Source of the DNA: Dehalococcoidia bacterium
GTDB lineage: Bacteria; Chloroflexota; Dehalococcoidia; SZUA-161; SpSt-899
DNA: 64,000 bases
NCBI GenBank assembly: GCA_046545575.1
Contig: JBKGZM010000001.1
Location: forward strand, 2,729-66,728
Direction of reading: 5' to 3'
Within the stretch, counting starts at the first letter, position 1; the number at the start of each line of letters is the position of its first letter. A model generated the notes under the pieces. It did no database searches. It was not told where the DNA came from and saw nothing but the letters and a program-made list of their open reading frames with translations. Shown one piece after another: positions 1 through 10,114 of this stretch. The position numbers were made by a program, and so were the translations under genes.

Positions 1-1783
1 GTTTTCGAGTTATGAAACCACCAGAATAGGGGTCATCCTTGGCAAAGGTCAAGCTTAAGCCATGTGACTCCGTACCCTGTTTAAGCGAACTGCCGAATGC
101 GGAAACGATTCCCTCGCAGGCCGAAGTCCCGCCGAGTGTTCCCAGCACAAAATTATCCCGTTCCTGCCCCGTATCATGCACGCGCCCGAGCCCGGTAGAC
201 ATCATAGAGTGACCATCAATTATCAGGGCATACCCGCGCTCGCGCTTCATACGCTCAATAAGCGTGGACAACATCTCATGATAGAGATCATAGTATTTGA
301 TGACCTTTTCTTCCTCGGATGCCGAATATGGTTCCTGCAGAATCGGTTCATCCTGGACAGTGTAGTACTCGGTTGCGGGATTCTTGAGGTGCTTGGGGAT
401 TTGCTTCCCTTTCGATCCTTCCCGTTCCCTGTTCATATCCACGAAAAAAGGTGCCAACCTGGAGATAACCTGAGCACCTCCAAGGGCCTCGAAGATGACA
501 TCACTGAAGAGGTCGATCTCCACCAGAGAGCTTGTGTCAAGCTCGAAATGTTCAGCGAAGTCAGTGGGCACCAGAACACCGGCATGGGGAATGGACAGGA
601 TAAAGTCAAGATTCCCGGGGCGAAATTCGACTAGCTCTTTTGTGGAAAGGGTATACCCGTCATAACTGAAAACGTCCAGCGTCTCAACCGACTCTTCAAA
701 TCCTTCGTAAAGGGCATCAATATCATCCCACCGGGAGGTCGACTCGCTTACCAAAGACCTGGCAATAGAGGCTGGCGCCCTCGCCAAACCCAGCAGTTCG
801 TCCTCCAGACGGTCTATTATCATATTCCCGACCGAGATACCATAGAGGTCCAGCAGCCCTCTTCCTCCCGGAAAGGCATTGACCTCCATCACCTTGCCGG
901 AAAGAAGCATATCCACAGACATGAACCGGCAGTCGGAAAATGCCCGCTGGACAGTGCGCGCGATCTCCTCATGCTCAGGACTCAGCATATGCGGGTTCTG
1001 CGTTGCTCCCAAACTGTAGTTGGTCTTCCACTCGCCAAAACTAGCCTCCCGGCGCATAGGAGCAACAAGCTCCCCGTCAAAGAAAGTGACAACAATGTCC
1101 CCTTCAGCGATCTCGGGGCAGTATTCCCCCAGTATTATTTTGTCATATGCTTCGAGATACATATTGACTACTTCCAACAGTTCCGGGTCCGCGAATTCGA
1201 TCCTGTGCACTCCATGCCCGCATCCATATCCGAATCTATCCTTCAAGACGAAATAGCCTCCCCTGTTGGGTAGTTTACTGATAGCTTCCATCGCCTCATC
1301 CAAAGAACTCGCGGCAAAGGTAACCGGCTGTGGCACATCAGGAACACGTCTGGCGATCTCATACTTGTCACACGTAGAGAGGGTTACGTCGATATTCTCT
1401 ATGAGGGTACCATGCTCCTCAACGGTGCGAAGGATATCGAGGTTTGGTGTGTCAGCGTTCCTCACATCATCCGCACGGAAAAAACACAGGTCAACGTCTC
1501 GGAGAGGCAATGGCCTCTCATCTATCTTCTTAAGGAGCACGTGGGCTTCCAAGGGATCCGAGTACCACGAGTCAGGTAAAGAGAGAACGGACGCCCTGGC
1601 ATAAGGCACATCCTCGTGAACGTAAAGGTCTTCCATGCTGAAATGATATAGCAAATGGCCACGCACAGCAGCCACACTCAGAATCTGATTGATCCCTGAG
1701 TTGTAAAGGTCAACCTCCTGATTGCTGTAGCTGAGCCGCGAGCTTTCAAAAGCGATTGTTAGTGTGCTATCTTCCCTTCCCAT
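1..1783 (-). CDS. ATP-grasp ligase domain fused to an N-formylglutamate amidohydrolase (FGase) family domain; the 3' end runs off the window
   Basis: The frame is open from ATG 1783 (GGAGGA 13 nt upstream) to position 1. It is missing from the ORF track only because there is no stop in the window. Hand translation gives ATP-grasp-like segments (RGGYFVLKDRFGYGCGHGVHRIEF; SVDMLLSGKVMEVNAFPGG) followed by FGase-like segments (ALIIDGHSM; KDDPYSGGFITRK). Confidence 0.7.
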   Translation of the reverse strand, partial: MGREDSTLTIAFESSRLSYSNQEVDLYNSGINQILSVAAVRGHLLYHFSMEDLYVHEDVPYARASVLSLPDSWYSDPLEAHVLLKKIDERPLPLRDVDLCFFRADDVRNADTPNLDILRTVEEHGTLIENIDVTLSTCDKYEIARRVPDVPQPVTFAASSLDEAMEAISKLPNRGGYFVLKDRFGYGCGHGVHRIEFADPELLEVVNMYLEAYDKIILGEYCPEIAEGDIVVTFFDGELVAPMRREASFGEWKTNYSLGATQNPHMLSPEHEEIARTVQRAFSDCRFMSVDMLLSGKVMEVNAFPGGRGLLDLYGISVGNMIIDRLEDELLGLARAPASIARSLVSESTSRWDDIDALYEGFEESVETLDVFSYDGYTLSTKELVEFRPGNLDFILSIPHAGVLVPTDFAEHFELDTSSLVEIDLFSDVIFEALGGAQVISRLAPFFVDMNREREGSKGKQIPKHLKNPATEYYTVQDEPILQEPYSASEEEKVIKYYDLYHEMLSTLIERMKRERGYALIIDGHSMMSTGLGRVHDTGQERDNFVLGTLGGTSACEGIVSAFGSSLKQGTESHGLSLTFAKDDPYSGGFITRK

Positions 1784-1904
1784 AGAATGCTTTTGTATCC
1801 TCCATAAGATTTAACTCTTTCAATGTCAGTACAGCCGTGGGAATATATAATTAATACTACCACATTTGTATGTCGGGTTTATTTACCAGTATATCACGGA
1901 GTCC

Positions 1905-3329
1905 CTAATCCCTCTCAAACTCGACCTCCAGGACTCTTTTGGTTGATTCGGTAACCCTTGCACGGTGATCGATGCGCCACCCCACCACCCACACAATCCA
2001 CTCCCCACAACAGACAAGCGGGACCCGATCCCGACAAGATTGCGGTATCTTGGCATCGACCATAAAATCCTGAAGCTTCTTGGTATCGCTCATACCCAAA
2101 GGCTGAAACCGATCGCCGGGCCTCCGGGTCCTTACAAAAAGCTCCGAGCCCACACGGTCGAAGTCCAGGCAGACTTTGTAATCGGTATCTGCAGACTCAC
2201 TCCATTCCTCATGAATCTCTACCCTTACCTTCCAGCCCGAGAACACCGTCTCACCCGGGATGCTCAAAGCGTTCTTTCCCTCAATAGAAGGCAAGGGGCA
2301 GGGGACACTCTCCCCGGTCGTAATAATACTCTTCTCATAGCCACCGTAGAATGTCAGTCCGTGGGGAAGGGAAAGGCTTTTCCCCGCAGGCCTTTCCAAG
2401 ACCTCAATCAAGATTTCAATGTGGACCAGCTCAATATCGCGCGGTGTTCCCGAAAGCCAACCCAACGCAGCACGCAAAAGGTGCCTCTTAAGCGAGGCAG
2501 GAAGCGCAGAAAACGCTTCGTTGTCGAGAGCCATACCCCTAGGCATCTCTTCTACTACCGAACTCCAGATGCGCGAAACCTCGTCATCCAGATACGCGAC
2601 ATCATCTGCAACCGTGCGGGCGCAACGGGAAAGAGACTCACGAATACCAGGGTTATATTCCTCAAGCTTCGGCAGGAGCTCGTAACGAATGCGGTTCCGC
2701 AGATGTTGGAGGGAGACATTCGAGGAATCAACCCGGGGATAAAGCTCCCGGATAGCACAATAAGCCTGGGTATCCTCGCGATTCACCTCCAGGAGGGGGC
2801 GAATCAAGTTAAGCTGAGTACCGGACGGCAGCTGCCAATGTGAAACCGGTCGCATGCCCTCTAGCCCCGAGAGTCCCGTCCCTCGAATAAGATGCAAGAG
2901 GATTGTCTCGGCCTGGTCATCAGCGGTGTGCCCGAGCATCACAGCATCGGTACCAAGTGACTGGGCTACTTCGGCGAAAAACCTGTAGCGCACCTCCCGA
3001 GCCGCCTCCTCCAGCGAACATCGATTCTCAATCCTGTAACCCTCAACATCCCGGCTCTCGATGGTGGCAGGAAGACCGAGCCGTTGGGCCAGAGAGGCAA
3101 CATACTCGGCATCAGCATCAGCCTCCCCACCCCGCAGCCCGTGATTAAGATGCGCCACGTGCAGCTTCAGTCCGAGCTCGTCCTTAAGCGAAAAAAGAAC
3201 ATGTAAAAGACACACGGAATCCGCCCCACCCGACACCCCCACCACCAGCGGTCGGGAGCCCTCAGTGGGAGCGTTGTCAAGCAGGAAACGACGAACTACT
3301 TGAGGAATTCGCTTCTCGATGTCGGACAT
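1905..3329 (-). CDS. tilS: tRNA(Ile)-lysidine synthase
   Basis: PP-loop motif VGVSGGADSVCLL in a protein of about 470 aa. The track ORF begins at TTG 3368. ATG 3329 overlaps the upstream stop as TAATG and gives a normal N-terminus. Confidence 0.85.
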   Translation of the reverse strand: MSDIEKRIPQVVRRFLLDNAPTEGSRPLVVGVSGGADSVCLLHVLFSLKDELGLKLHVAHLNHGLRGGEADADAEYVASLAQRLGLPATIESRDVEGYRIENRCSLEEAAREVRYRFFAEVAQSLGTDAVMLGHTADDQAETILLHLIRGTGLSGLEGMRPVSHWQLPSGTQLNLIRPLLEVNREDTQAYCAIRELYPRVDSSNVSLQHLRNRIRYELLPKLEEYNPGIRESLSRCARTVADDVAYLDDEVSRIWSSVVEEMPRGMALDNEAFSALPASLKRHLLRAALGWLSGTPRDIELVHIEILIEVLERPAGKSLSLPHGLTFYGGYEKSIITTGESVPCPLPSIEGKNALSIPGETVFSGWKVRVEIHEEWSESADTDYKVCLDFDRVGSELFVRTRRPGDRFQPLGMSDTKKLQDFMVDAKIPQSCRDRVPLVCCGEWIVWVVGWRIDHRARVTESTKRVLEVEFERD

Positions 3330-4012
3330 TATTGCCCGTTGGTCCCCAAAATAATCCTGGTCCGGCAAATCGATGTCGGTGGCTCAGAGAAGCCAAGGGC
3401 CAGGGCCACTTGCTCCGGCCTGCCTGACCCTCTGGAATCGTTGCGGAGCTTCATTCCAAGCGTATATCTGGCCCCATCCTTGTCCGCTATCCAAATGTCC
3501 TCGATGAGGGCACGCAGATCGTAGTGGCGAACCTCCTTGCCCCTGGAATGCTGCCATGGCAGGTTCTCCTTTCCCAAAAGCGAGCGTACCGCTTCAGCCA
3601 CCTCGTTCGGCCCCCTCTCCGACTCGAGCTCGACTTTATACTCGGCGAAACGGACCTGCGATTGAAGGGATGGTAGCCCTGGCCAGATTTCCTTAACATC
3701 AAATATCTGAATACCGTCAGGCAACTGTTTGCCCATTGCCCTGGCGAAGAAATCACACGAGGCTCGCCTTTCCATGAAGATTTCCAGTAACTCACCCTCA
3801 CTCATGACACCGACAGCGAGCGGAGCCGCTATGGCAATCCTGGGACGTGGATTGAATCCCTCCGAGTATGAAAGCGGCATACCAGCCCGGCGAAGTGCCC
3901 TCACCCAGAGACGCATAATATCCAGATGGGAGATGTATTTTACCTCTTCACCACGGCCAAATGTTACACAGAGCCGCTGCGACTCATTCCTTGATAATGA
4001 GGACTTTTTCAA
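3329..4012 (-). CDS. DUF2344 / TIGR03936-type radical-SAM-associated protein
   Basis: The segment RLCVTFGRGEEVKYISHLDIMRLWVRALRRAGMPLSYSEGFNPRPRI is characteristic of this family. Confidence 0.7.
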   Translation of the reverse strand: MKKSSLSRNESQRLCVTFGRGEEVKYISHLDIMRLWVRALRRAGMPLSYSEGFNPRPRIAIAAPLAVGVMSEGELLEIFMERRASCDFFARAMGKQLPDGIQIFDVKEIWPGLPSLQSQVRFAEYKVELESERGPNEVAEAVRSLLGKENLPWQHSRGKEVRHYDLRALIEDIWIADKDGARYTLGMKLRNDSRGSGRPEQVALALGFSEPPTSICRTRIILGTNGQ

Positions 4013-5243
4013 TCTTAACCCCTTTCATCTCCGTAACAGTGAACGTTGTCTCTCCATATTTCAGCTGCTCGCCCTCAGCAGGTATACATCCCAGTTCGCT
4101 GAGGATAAAGCCCGCCACCGTCTCGTAGTCATCCTTGGGCAGGTCAAGCCCCAGCTCCTCATTCGCCTGGTCGATCTTCATCCCGCCGTCGACCTGGTAG
4201 GTGTTCAAGCCGATGGTCTCAACCCGTTTCTCTCCCGCTGCCAGTTCATCACCAAGCTCTCCCACAATCTCTTCCAGTAGCTGCTCCATTGTGACAAGCC
4301 CCGCTGTGCCACCGTATTCGTCGACGACCACCGCGATTTCCCTCATCTGGTCTTGCATCTCGCTAAAGAGCTGCCCCACAGTTTTGGATTCCGGCACAAA
4401 ATAAGCCTGCCTGGAGAGATCGGTTACAGAGGCATCCTCCACCAGCTCACCTTGCGCATGGGCGAGGAGAACGTCCTTTATCCAAATGATGCCACTCACG
4501 TTATCCACTGTCTCCTCATAAACCGGGAAGCGGGAATGCGGCGACTCCGCATAGACAGGCATGAACTCCTTTACCGTTGTGCCCTTTTCCACCCATATTA
4601 CGTCCGTGCGTGGGGTCATGATCTCACCCACGTGCCGGTCCCCAAACACGGAGACCCGCTTCATCATCTCAGCCTCATCTTCCTCCACGGCACCGTCCTC
4701 ATGCCCTATGGAGATCACATCCCGGATTTCCTGCTCCGTTATAACATTCTGGGCCACTGCATCCCCTCCCACTACTCTAGCGATGCCTGTGCCAATGCCT
4801 GAGAGAATATATGTAAAGGGAGAAAGAATCCAAACTATCGCCTTTATGGGACAGATGTACAGTAAAGCCATTCGCTCCCCCATTTTGGTGGCCATGGTCT
4901 TGGGCCCGATCTCACTGAAAATCAACAACAGAAACGTCACAACAACAGTTGCCACAATGACCCCGTACTCATCGCCCAGAAAGGTCACAATTATTATAGT
5001 ACCCAACGCTGAAGCAGCAGTATTGACGAAGTTATTGCCCACAAGCACGGTGGTCAGGAGTTTTTCCGGCCTCTCGGTCACCTTCGCTACTGCGTCAGCC
5101 CCTGAGACTCCGCTGCTCACCAGATGCTTGAGACGCACCTTCTGAAGGGAGGTGAAAGCCGTCTCCGAGCTGGAGAAGAACGCGGAAACCAGCAGACAGA
5201 TTATGAAAACAATCAGGTAGACCATGTTGATGCTTTCAATCAT
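3984..5243 (-). CDS. CNNM/DUF21 transmembrane protein with a CBS pair and a CorC_HlyC domain (hemolysin/TlyC family)
   Basis: N-terminal transmembrane helices, a CBS region and a C-terminal segment (GFILSELGCIPAEGEQL..FTVTEMKGVKIEKVLI) typical of CorC/HlyC. Confidence 0.8.
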   Translation of the reverse strand: MIESINMVYLIVFIICLLVSAFFSSSETAFTSLQKVRLKHLVSSGVSGADAVAKVTERPEKLLTTVLVGNNFVNTAASALGTIIIVTFLGDEYGVIVATVVVTFLLLIFSEIGPKTMATKMGERMALLYICPIKAIVWILSPFTYILSGIGTGIARVVGGDAVAQNVITEQEIRDVISIGHEDGAVEEDEAEMMKRVSVFGDRHVGEIMTPRTDVIWVEKGTTVKEFMPVYAESPHSRFPVYEETVDNVSGIIWIKDVLLAHAQGELVEDASVTDLSRQAYFVPESKTVGQLFSEMQDQMREIAVVVDEYGGTAGLVTMEQLLEEIVGELGDELAAGEKRVETIGLNTYQVDGGMKIDQANEELGLDLPKDDYETVAGFILSELGCIPAEGEQLKYGETTFTVTEMKGVKIEKVLIIKE

Positions 5244-6609
5244 CTTTGCTCACCCTCCTTTGGCCAAATGGCCAATTCTCGCTAATCACTGAAGGTTGAA
5301 GTTTGTATGCTAACCTGCCCCACAGACTATCCTGACAATCTTCGCCCAAAACTGTATCCGTTAGACAATTGCCCAGATAGCATTCGCTTCCAGTTTTTAC
5401 CTTTATGTAGTTATCGGTATAACCGATCCAGCAGCCATTACTATTCCGTTCCTCCCATAAAACGGGGCGCACAGTTCCTGAGAAACTTCGCCGGAAATCA
5501 CGCGCACTGCGTCCGGCCAGATCCAGCATCTGCTTAACCCGGCCCTTTTTTACTTTCTCGGAGACCTTGCCATCCATTCGCGCTGCTCTGGTACCAGGCC
5601 TGACAGAATATGGAAAAACATGCAATCTTGCAAACCCTATCTCATCGCAGAAACGATAGCTCTCCTCGAATTCCTCCTCGCTCTCGCCTGGAAAACCCAC
5701 AACCACATCCGTAGTAATAGCCATATCGGGGAAAGCGTCCCTGATCCAGTTCACGGTCTCCCTGTACTGAGGGATCGAGTATCCTCTACCCATGCGCTTG
5801 AGCACGGAATCACTGCCGCTCTGGAGGGCCAAATGCAGATGCCGACACAACCGATTATCTTCCCAGAGATCCAACAGGGAACTGGACAGCTCCTGAGGCT
5901 GAAGAGAGGAAAGCCTAATCCTCGGCATGCTGGTTTCCTCAAGAATACGCCTTATCAGTCCTTCCAGACCTCCATCCCCTTCGTAAGTACCGACTCTGGT
6001 CCCGGTGAGGATAACTTCGTTATATCCTTCGCTCACCCTGGCCTTCACCTCATCCACAACCCGTGACTCTGGCACACTGCGCTCTCTACCCCTCACCGAG
6101 GGCACAATGCAGTACGAGCATTGCTGGTTACACCCTTCCTGGATTCTAACTAGCGAGCGCGTTCGTGATGGAGCACGCTCCTCACCAAGTCCACAAGACC
6201 CATCGATTGAATCGTGAAAACGATTTGCGAGCATTTCCACCACGGAATGTTTACCATCATTTCCAATTCGCCAGAAGTGGCTATCGCCCGCTTCCACATG
6301 GTCCAACCGAGGGTCCCGGTCCACGTAGCATCCCAGCGCCACAATTAAAGCATCAGGGTTTAATCGGCGAAAGAAACGCAAACGCTGCCGACACTTTCGG
6401 TCAGCAACGTGGGTAACGGTACAGGTATTGAGGATATATACATCGGGGAGATCGTATGGAGAAACGACGTTGAATCCAGCCTGCACGAATCCTCGTGCCA
6501 GTGACTCACTCTCTGCCTGATTGAGCTTACACCCTATCGTCTCAATGGCAACAGAGGGCCTGCTCACCTTAGAGTGTTCCGTGTCTTCTTCGTCTTCAGG
6601 TGTATTCAT
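5236..6609 (-). CDS. mtaB: MiaB-like radical SAM methylthiotransferase (MtaB-type)
   Basis: UPF0004 N-terminal domain (IETIGCKLNQAESE), radical SAM motif CNQQCSYCIVP and a TRAM-like C-terminus. The track start at 6687 is a TTG; ATG 6609 is preferred. Confidence 0.8.
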   Translation of the reverse strand: MNTPEDEEDTEHSKVSRPSVAIETIGCKLNQAESESLARGFVQAGFNVVSPYDLPDVYILNTCTVTHVADRKCRQRLRFFRRLNPDALIVALGCYVDRDPRLDHVEAGDSHFWRIGNDGKHSVVEMLANRFHDSIDGSCGLGEERAPSRTRSLVRIQEGCNQQCSYCIVPSVRGRERSVPESRVVDEVKARVSEGYNEVILTGTRVGTYEGDGGLEGLIRRILEETSMPRIRLSSLQPQELSSSLLDLWEDNRLCRHLHLALQSGSDSVLKRMGRGYSIPQYRETVNWIRDAFPDMAITTDVVVGFPGESEEEFEESYRFCDEIGFARLHVFPYSVRPGTRAARMDGKVSEKVKKGRVKQMLDLAGRSARDFRRSFSGTVRPVLWEERNSNGCWIGYTDNYIKVKTGSECYLGNCLTDTVLGEDCQDSLWGRLAYKLQPSVISENWPFGQRRVSKDD

Positions 6610-6895
6610 TCTTTGCAACGCAGCTCCGTTTGTTTCCTGGAAGCCACGATTACAATAACTTTGCTTATTAAAAGAGGGGCCTTTCAACGCTTATGCTCAG
6701 CGGGAGATTAGATGTAAAAAGTGGTATCACATGCCTTTACTTCACAGAAGTAGATTTAACATGTTCTTCCCGGGCAGGTTCCCTCACCTGCCATTTTCCT
6801 GTTGTGTTGTAGGAGTTATGCCCAGACAAAGCAAAATCCACCCTAGTAATCCTAATTATATCATACCGTTCAAGGGCTCACCAAAACGGATCCCC

Positions 6896-7255
6896 TTAGT
6901 AGCCACGCTTCTTTGCACGAACGTTACGGCGGCTGCCCTTTGGCTTGCCGGATTTCTTTGAACCTTTGAGCTTTCCCGATCCAGAAGAAAACTTTGAGGG
7001 GCTGGGCTGCTTGTCCTCCGCTTCGCTGACACGAAGAGCCCGTCCATTCAGCTCATGGCCGTCAAATTTCTCAATGGCCTTCGCTACAGCCTCCTCATCA
7101 CCAAACTCAACAAAGGCAAACCCTCTCGGACGCCCGGTAGCACGATCCACTGGTAAGAACACCTCAACTATCTGCCCCACCTCAGAAAAAAGGTCCTCAA
7201 TCTCGCCTTCCATCGCGTCGTAGCTCACGTTTCCGACATACACTTTAGAGCTCAT
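6896..7255 (-). CDS. RRM-type RNA-binding protein
   Basis: RNP motifs KVYVGNVSY and RGFAFVEF with a basic C-terminal tail. ATG 7255 is preceded by GAGAGGAGG. Confidence 0.85.
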   Translation of the reverse strand: MSSKVYVGNVSYDAMEGEIEDLFSEVGQIVEVFLPVDRATGRPRGFAFVEFGDEEAVAKAIEKFDGHELNGRALRVSEAEDKQPSPSKFSSGSGKLKGSKKSGKPKGSRRNVRAKKRGY

Positions 7256-7433
7256 GGATAGCCTCCTCTCAACTATATTGCGGACAGACTGCGCTCTTCG
7301 CGGCCTCACAAGGGAGTCTGCATTTGCCCGCTACGGGCCCCCCGAGATTATCATCAAAATAGTTAATATACAAGAGGGAGGCCGGACATTTCTTTCCCGG
7401 GCCTCCCTCTTGATTTCCTTCGCGTTGGAAAAG

Positions 7434-7736
7434 CTATCTCCTGCTTCCAGCGCCCATGCTCTGATAGCACTGGCTGCAATAGACGGGTCTGCCCTGGCGG
7501 GGCTCGAACGGCACTTCAGTCTCAACGCCACAGTTTGCGCATACAGCCGGATACATCTGCCTGCGAGAACCAAAGCTATCACCACGACGCTCCCTCTTCT
7601 TGGCAGCCCTGCAGTCCGGACAGCGCTTGGGGTCGTTCTCAAAACCCTTGCCAGCAAAGAACTCTTGTTCATTGGCGCTGAAGGTAAAGGTTGCCCCACA
7701 GTCTATACACTGCAATTCCCTGTCAACGAAACTCAT
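7434..7736 (-). CDS. Zinc-ribbon domain protein (two CxxC pairs in each half)
   Basis: LQCIDCGATFTF..CPDCR and VCANCGVETEVPF..CSQCY. ATG 7736 is preceded by AAGGAGG. The longer track ORF adds an implausible N-terminus. Confidence 0.7.
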   Translation of the reverse strand: MSFVDRELQCIDCGATFTFSANEQEFFAGKGFENDPKRCPDCRAAKKRERRGDSFGSRRQMYPAVCANCGVETEVPFEPRQGRPVYCSQCYQSMGAGSRR

Positions 7737-7944
7737 TGGATGACCTCCTTTCTTGGAAATTGTGAACTGAACTCCGGTCATCCAATACCTCGAGCACCTT
7801 GCCCTGAAGAAACCTTTACCGGGGAAATCCAAAGGAGGTTTGCCATTGGAAGTGATAACCTTGTTCAAATCACTACCTATAGTATACAGGAGAAAAATAA
7901 TACCCGCAAACAAATACCGCTCTCACGCCTATCCCTTATCCTAA

Positions 7945-9231
7945 TTAGTCCCAAGTTCGTTCATCAACTATCGTCTTATGTTCCTCGGGAATTGCCCCTC
8001 TCTCCACAAAGTCGATTCTATCCGCCTTGACTCGACATCCTTCCTGGAACCTTCGACTCAGGCGTTCCGCCAGATTATCTCTGTCTATGCCTTCATCCTT
8101 AAGCTCGACCTTCAAGCACGTCGTATCCCTTTGCCCCTCACGCCCAACCGATATTTGACATTTGGATATCTCATTGAAGCTGTTGAATACTCCTTCTGCC
8201 TGTTTTGCCACGACAAACATGCCTCGCACCTTCACGGCATCCCCAATCCTGCCGGCGATACCGGTTAAGCGACTTGAAGTCCGTCCACATGGACAAGGAT
8301 CGGTAATATAGGAGGACATGTCCCCTGTACCAAAGCGAATTAGCCCCCAACTCTTGTTATGAATCGGTGTTATGACAATTTCCCCTACCTCACCCGGGAC
8401 GAGCTGTTTACCTGTCTCATGGTCAACTATCTCTATTATGTGCTCATCCATCAAATGCATACCCGATTTCTGGCTGCATTCATAAGCATTAACACCGCCC
8501 GTCTCAGTAACCGAATAACACTGAAAAGTATCAATCCCATAGTCACCCTCCAGGCTTTCCCTCAAAGAGGGAGGAAGCATCTCGCCGGTGAACCATGCAC
8601 GCTCAAGGGAGAAATCTCGACGGAAATCATGACCCATCTCCTCAGCCCTCTGGATAATCGTCATCAGGAAGCTGGGCATGCCGACATATCCATTAACCTT
8701 CAGGTCGAGCATGGTCTTGATCTGTGCATCGGTACTACCCACACCCGCAGGTATAGCCGTTGCCCCGCAGGCCCTTATCCCCTCATGGAAGAGGATGCCA
8801 GCCGGAGACATGTGATACGTAGCCGTGTTTATCACCATATCTCCCTCTCTGAATCCGGCCGCATAGATCGTCTTACCAAACCAACTGATCTCCTCAGTAT
8901 GGTGAGGACCGTAAACAGGACCCGGAGTGACAAACACCCGTTCAACTTCCTCAGGCGGCACGGTAAGAAAGCCTCCATAGGGCGGTCTTGACCTTTGCCA
9001 TTCTATCAGGTCAGTCTTCCTCACAATTGGCACCTTTTCCAGGTCCTCAACGCTTGTGATATCGGCAGGATTAACGCCGACCTGGTCGAAGAGCTCCTTT
9101 ACCGTCGGAGCATTCTGGTAGGCATTCCCTACGACTTCCTTCACCTTCTGGTTTTGGTATTTTTCTCTCTGCTCGGGAGACATTGTCTCCAGTCCATCGA
9201 AAAACTCGTTTACCATTTCTTCTGACATCAT
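7945..9231 (-). CDS. Phenylacetate-CoA ligase family (PaaK / F390-synthetase-like) adenylate-forming enzyme
   Basis: About 430 aa with PaaK-like segments (PPYGGFLTVPPEEVERVF; YSVTETGG). The start overlaps the livF stop as ATGA. Confidence 0.7.
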   Translation of the reverse strand: MMSEEMVNEFFDGLETMSPEQREKYQNQKVKEVVGNAYQNAPTVKELFDQVGVNPADITSVEDLEKVPIVRKTDLIEWQRSRPPYGGFLTVPPEEVERVFVTPGPVYGPHHTEEISWFGKTIYAAGFREGDMVINTATYHMSPAGILFHEGIRACGATAIPAGVGSTDAQIKTMLDLKVNGYVGMPSFLMTIIQRAEEMGHDFRRDFSLERAWFTGEMLPPSLRESLEGDYGIDTFQCYSVTETGGVNAYECSQKSGMHLMDEHIIEIVDHETGKQLVPGEVGEIVITPIHNKSWGLIRFGTGDMSSYITDPCPCGRTSSRLTGIAGRIGDAVKVRGMFVVAKQAEGVFNSFNEISKCQISVGREGQRDTTCLKVELKDEGIDRDNLAERLSRRFQEGCRVKADRIDFVERGAIPEEHKTIVDERTWD

Positions 9232-10016
9232 AGCCACCTCTTCCGTCTCTTGTAGTGCTTTACCTCCCTGTAGCTCTTTTTCTGCCCCACTGCCGATAGG
9301 CCCATGAAGAACTCTTTTACATCCTCGTTGTTTTTTAGGAATTCGGCACTTCCATCAAGAACTACCCGCCCATTTTCCATGACATAGCCGTAGTCCGCCA
9401 CCTCCAGAGCTACCCTCACATTCTGCTCAACAAGCAAGATCGAGGTCTTCATCTCCTTATTGAATTGATTTATGATGTTGTAGATCTCCTCCACCAGGAG
9501 CGGCGCAAGCCCCAGCGATGGCTCATCCAGTAGCATCAGCTTAGGGAAAGCCATCATCGCCCGGCCAATGACAAGCATCTGCTGCTCGCCGCCGGAGAGG
9601 TAGCCGGCGGTGTTGTGGCGAAGGTCTTTAAGACGGGGGAAATAATGATAGACCATCTCAAGGCCCCGTTTAGCGGTACCACGGTCCTGATTGTGGGCGC
9701 CGACGAGGAGATTCTCCTCCGTACTTTCATGCTCAAAAACCCTTCTTCCCTCCAAAGCCTGGACAATCCCCAGTTTGGATATGGCCTGAGCACTTCTCGT
9801 GTCTATCCTATGGCCATTCCACTCGATGCTGCCATCGGTTACCTTGCCCTCCTCAACATGAAGCAGCCCCGATATGGCTTTAAGGGTAGTGGTCTTACCG
9901 GCGCCATTCGCCCCGAGGAGGGCAAACACCTGACCATCCGCTACCTCAAGCGAAACGCCGTGAAGCACCCGGATCACGTTCAGATAGGTAACCTCTATGT
10001 TATTTAGCCGAAGCAT
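9228..10016 (-). CDS. livF: Branched-chain amino acid (LIV) type ABC transporter ATP-binding protein, LivF-like
   Basis: Walker A GANGAGKTT, signature LSGGEQQ and Walker B LLDEPS. ATG 10016 has GGAGG 9 nt upstream. Confidence 0.85.
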   Translation of the reverse strand: MLRLNNIEVTYLNVIRVLHGVSLEVADGQVFALLGANGAGKTTTLKAISGLLHVEEGKVTDGSIEWNGHRIDTRSAQAISKLGIVQALEGRRVFEHESTEENLLVGAHNQDRGTAKRGLEMVYHYFPRLKDLRHNTAGYLSGGEQQMLVIGRAMMAFPKLMLLDEPSLGLAPLLVEEIYNIINQFNKEMKTSILLVEQNVRVALEVADYGYVMENGRVVLDGSAEFLKNNEDVKEFFMGLSAVGQKKSYREVKHYKRRKRWL

Positions 10017-10114
10017 ACCCCATCCCTCCCCCGACCCCGCTATTAGCGGGGTCGGGGAAATCATTGATTTATCAAACCTCCAGAGCAGACCTTATCGCGG
10101 TCTGGAGACCGCTC

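Noticed and set aside
1965-2843. A 292-aa plus-strand ORF
   Set aside because: It is antisense to tilS, which has a clear PP-loop motif. Its sequence is Arg/Pro/Leu-rich and low in complexity.
7254-8030. A 258-aa plus-strand ORF spanning two minus-strand genes
   Set aside because: It overlaps the RRM and zinc-ribbon genes, both of which have strong RBSs and clear motifs. It has no motif of its own.
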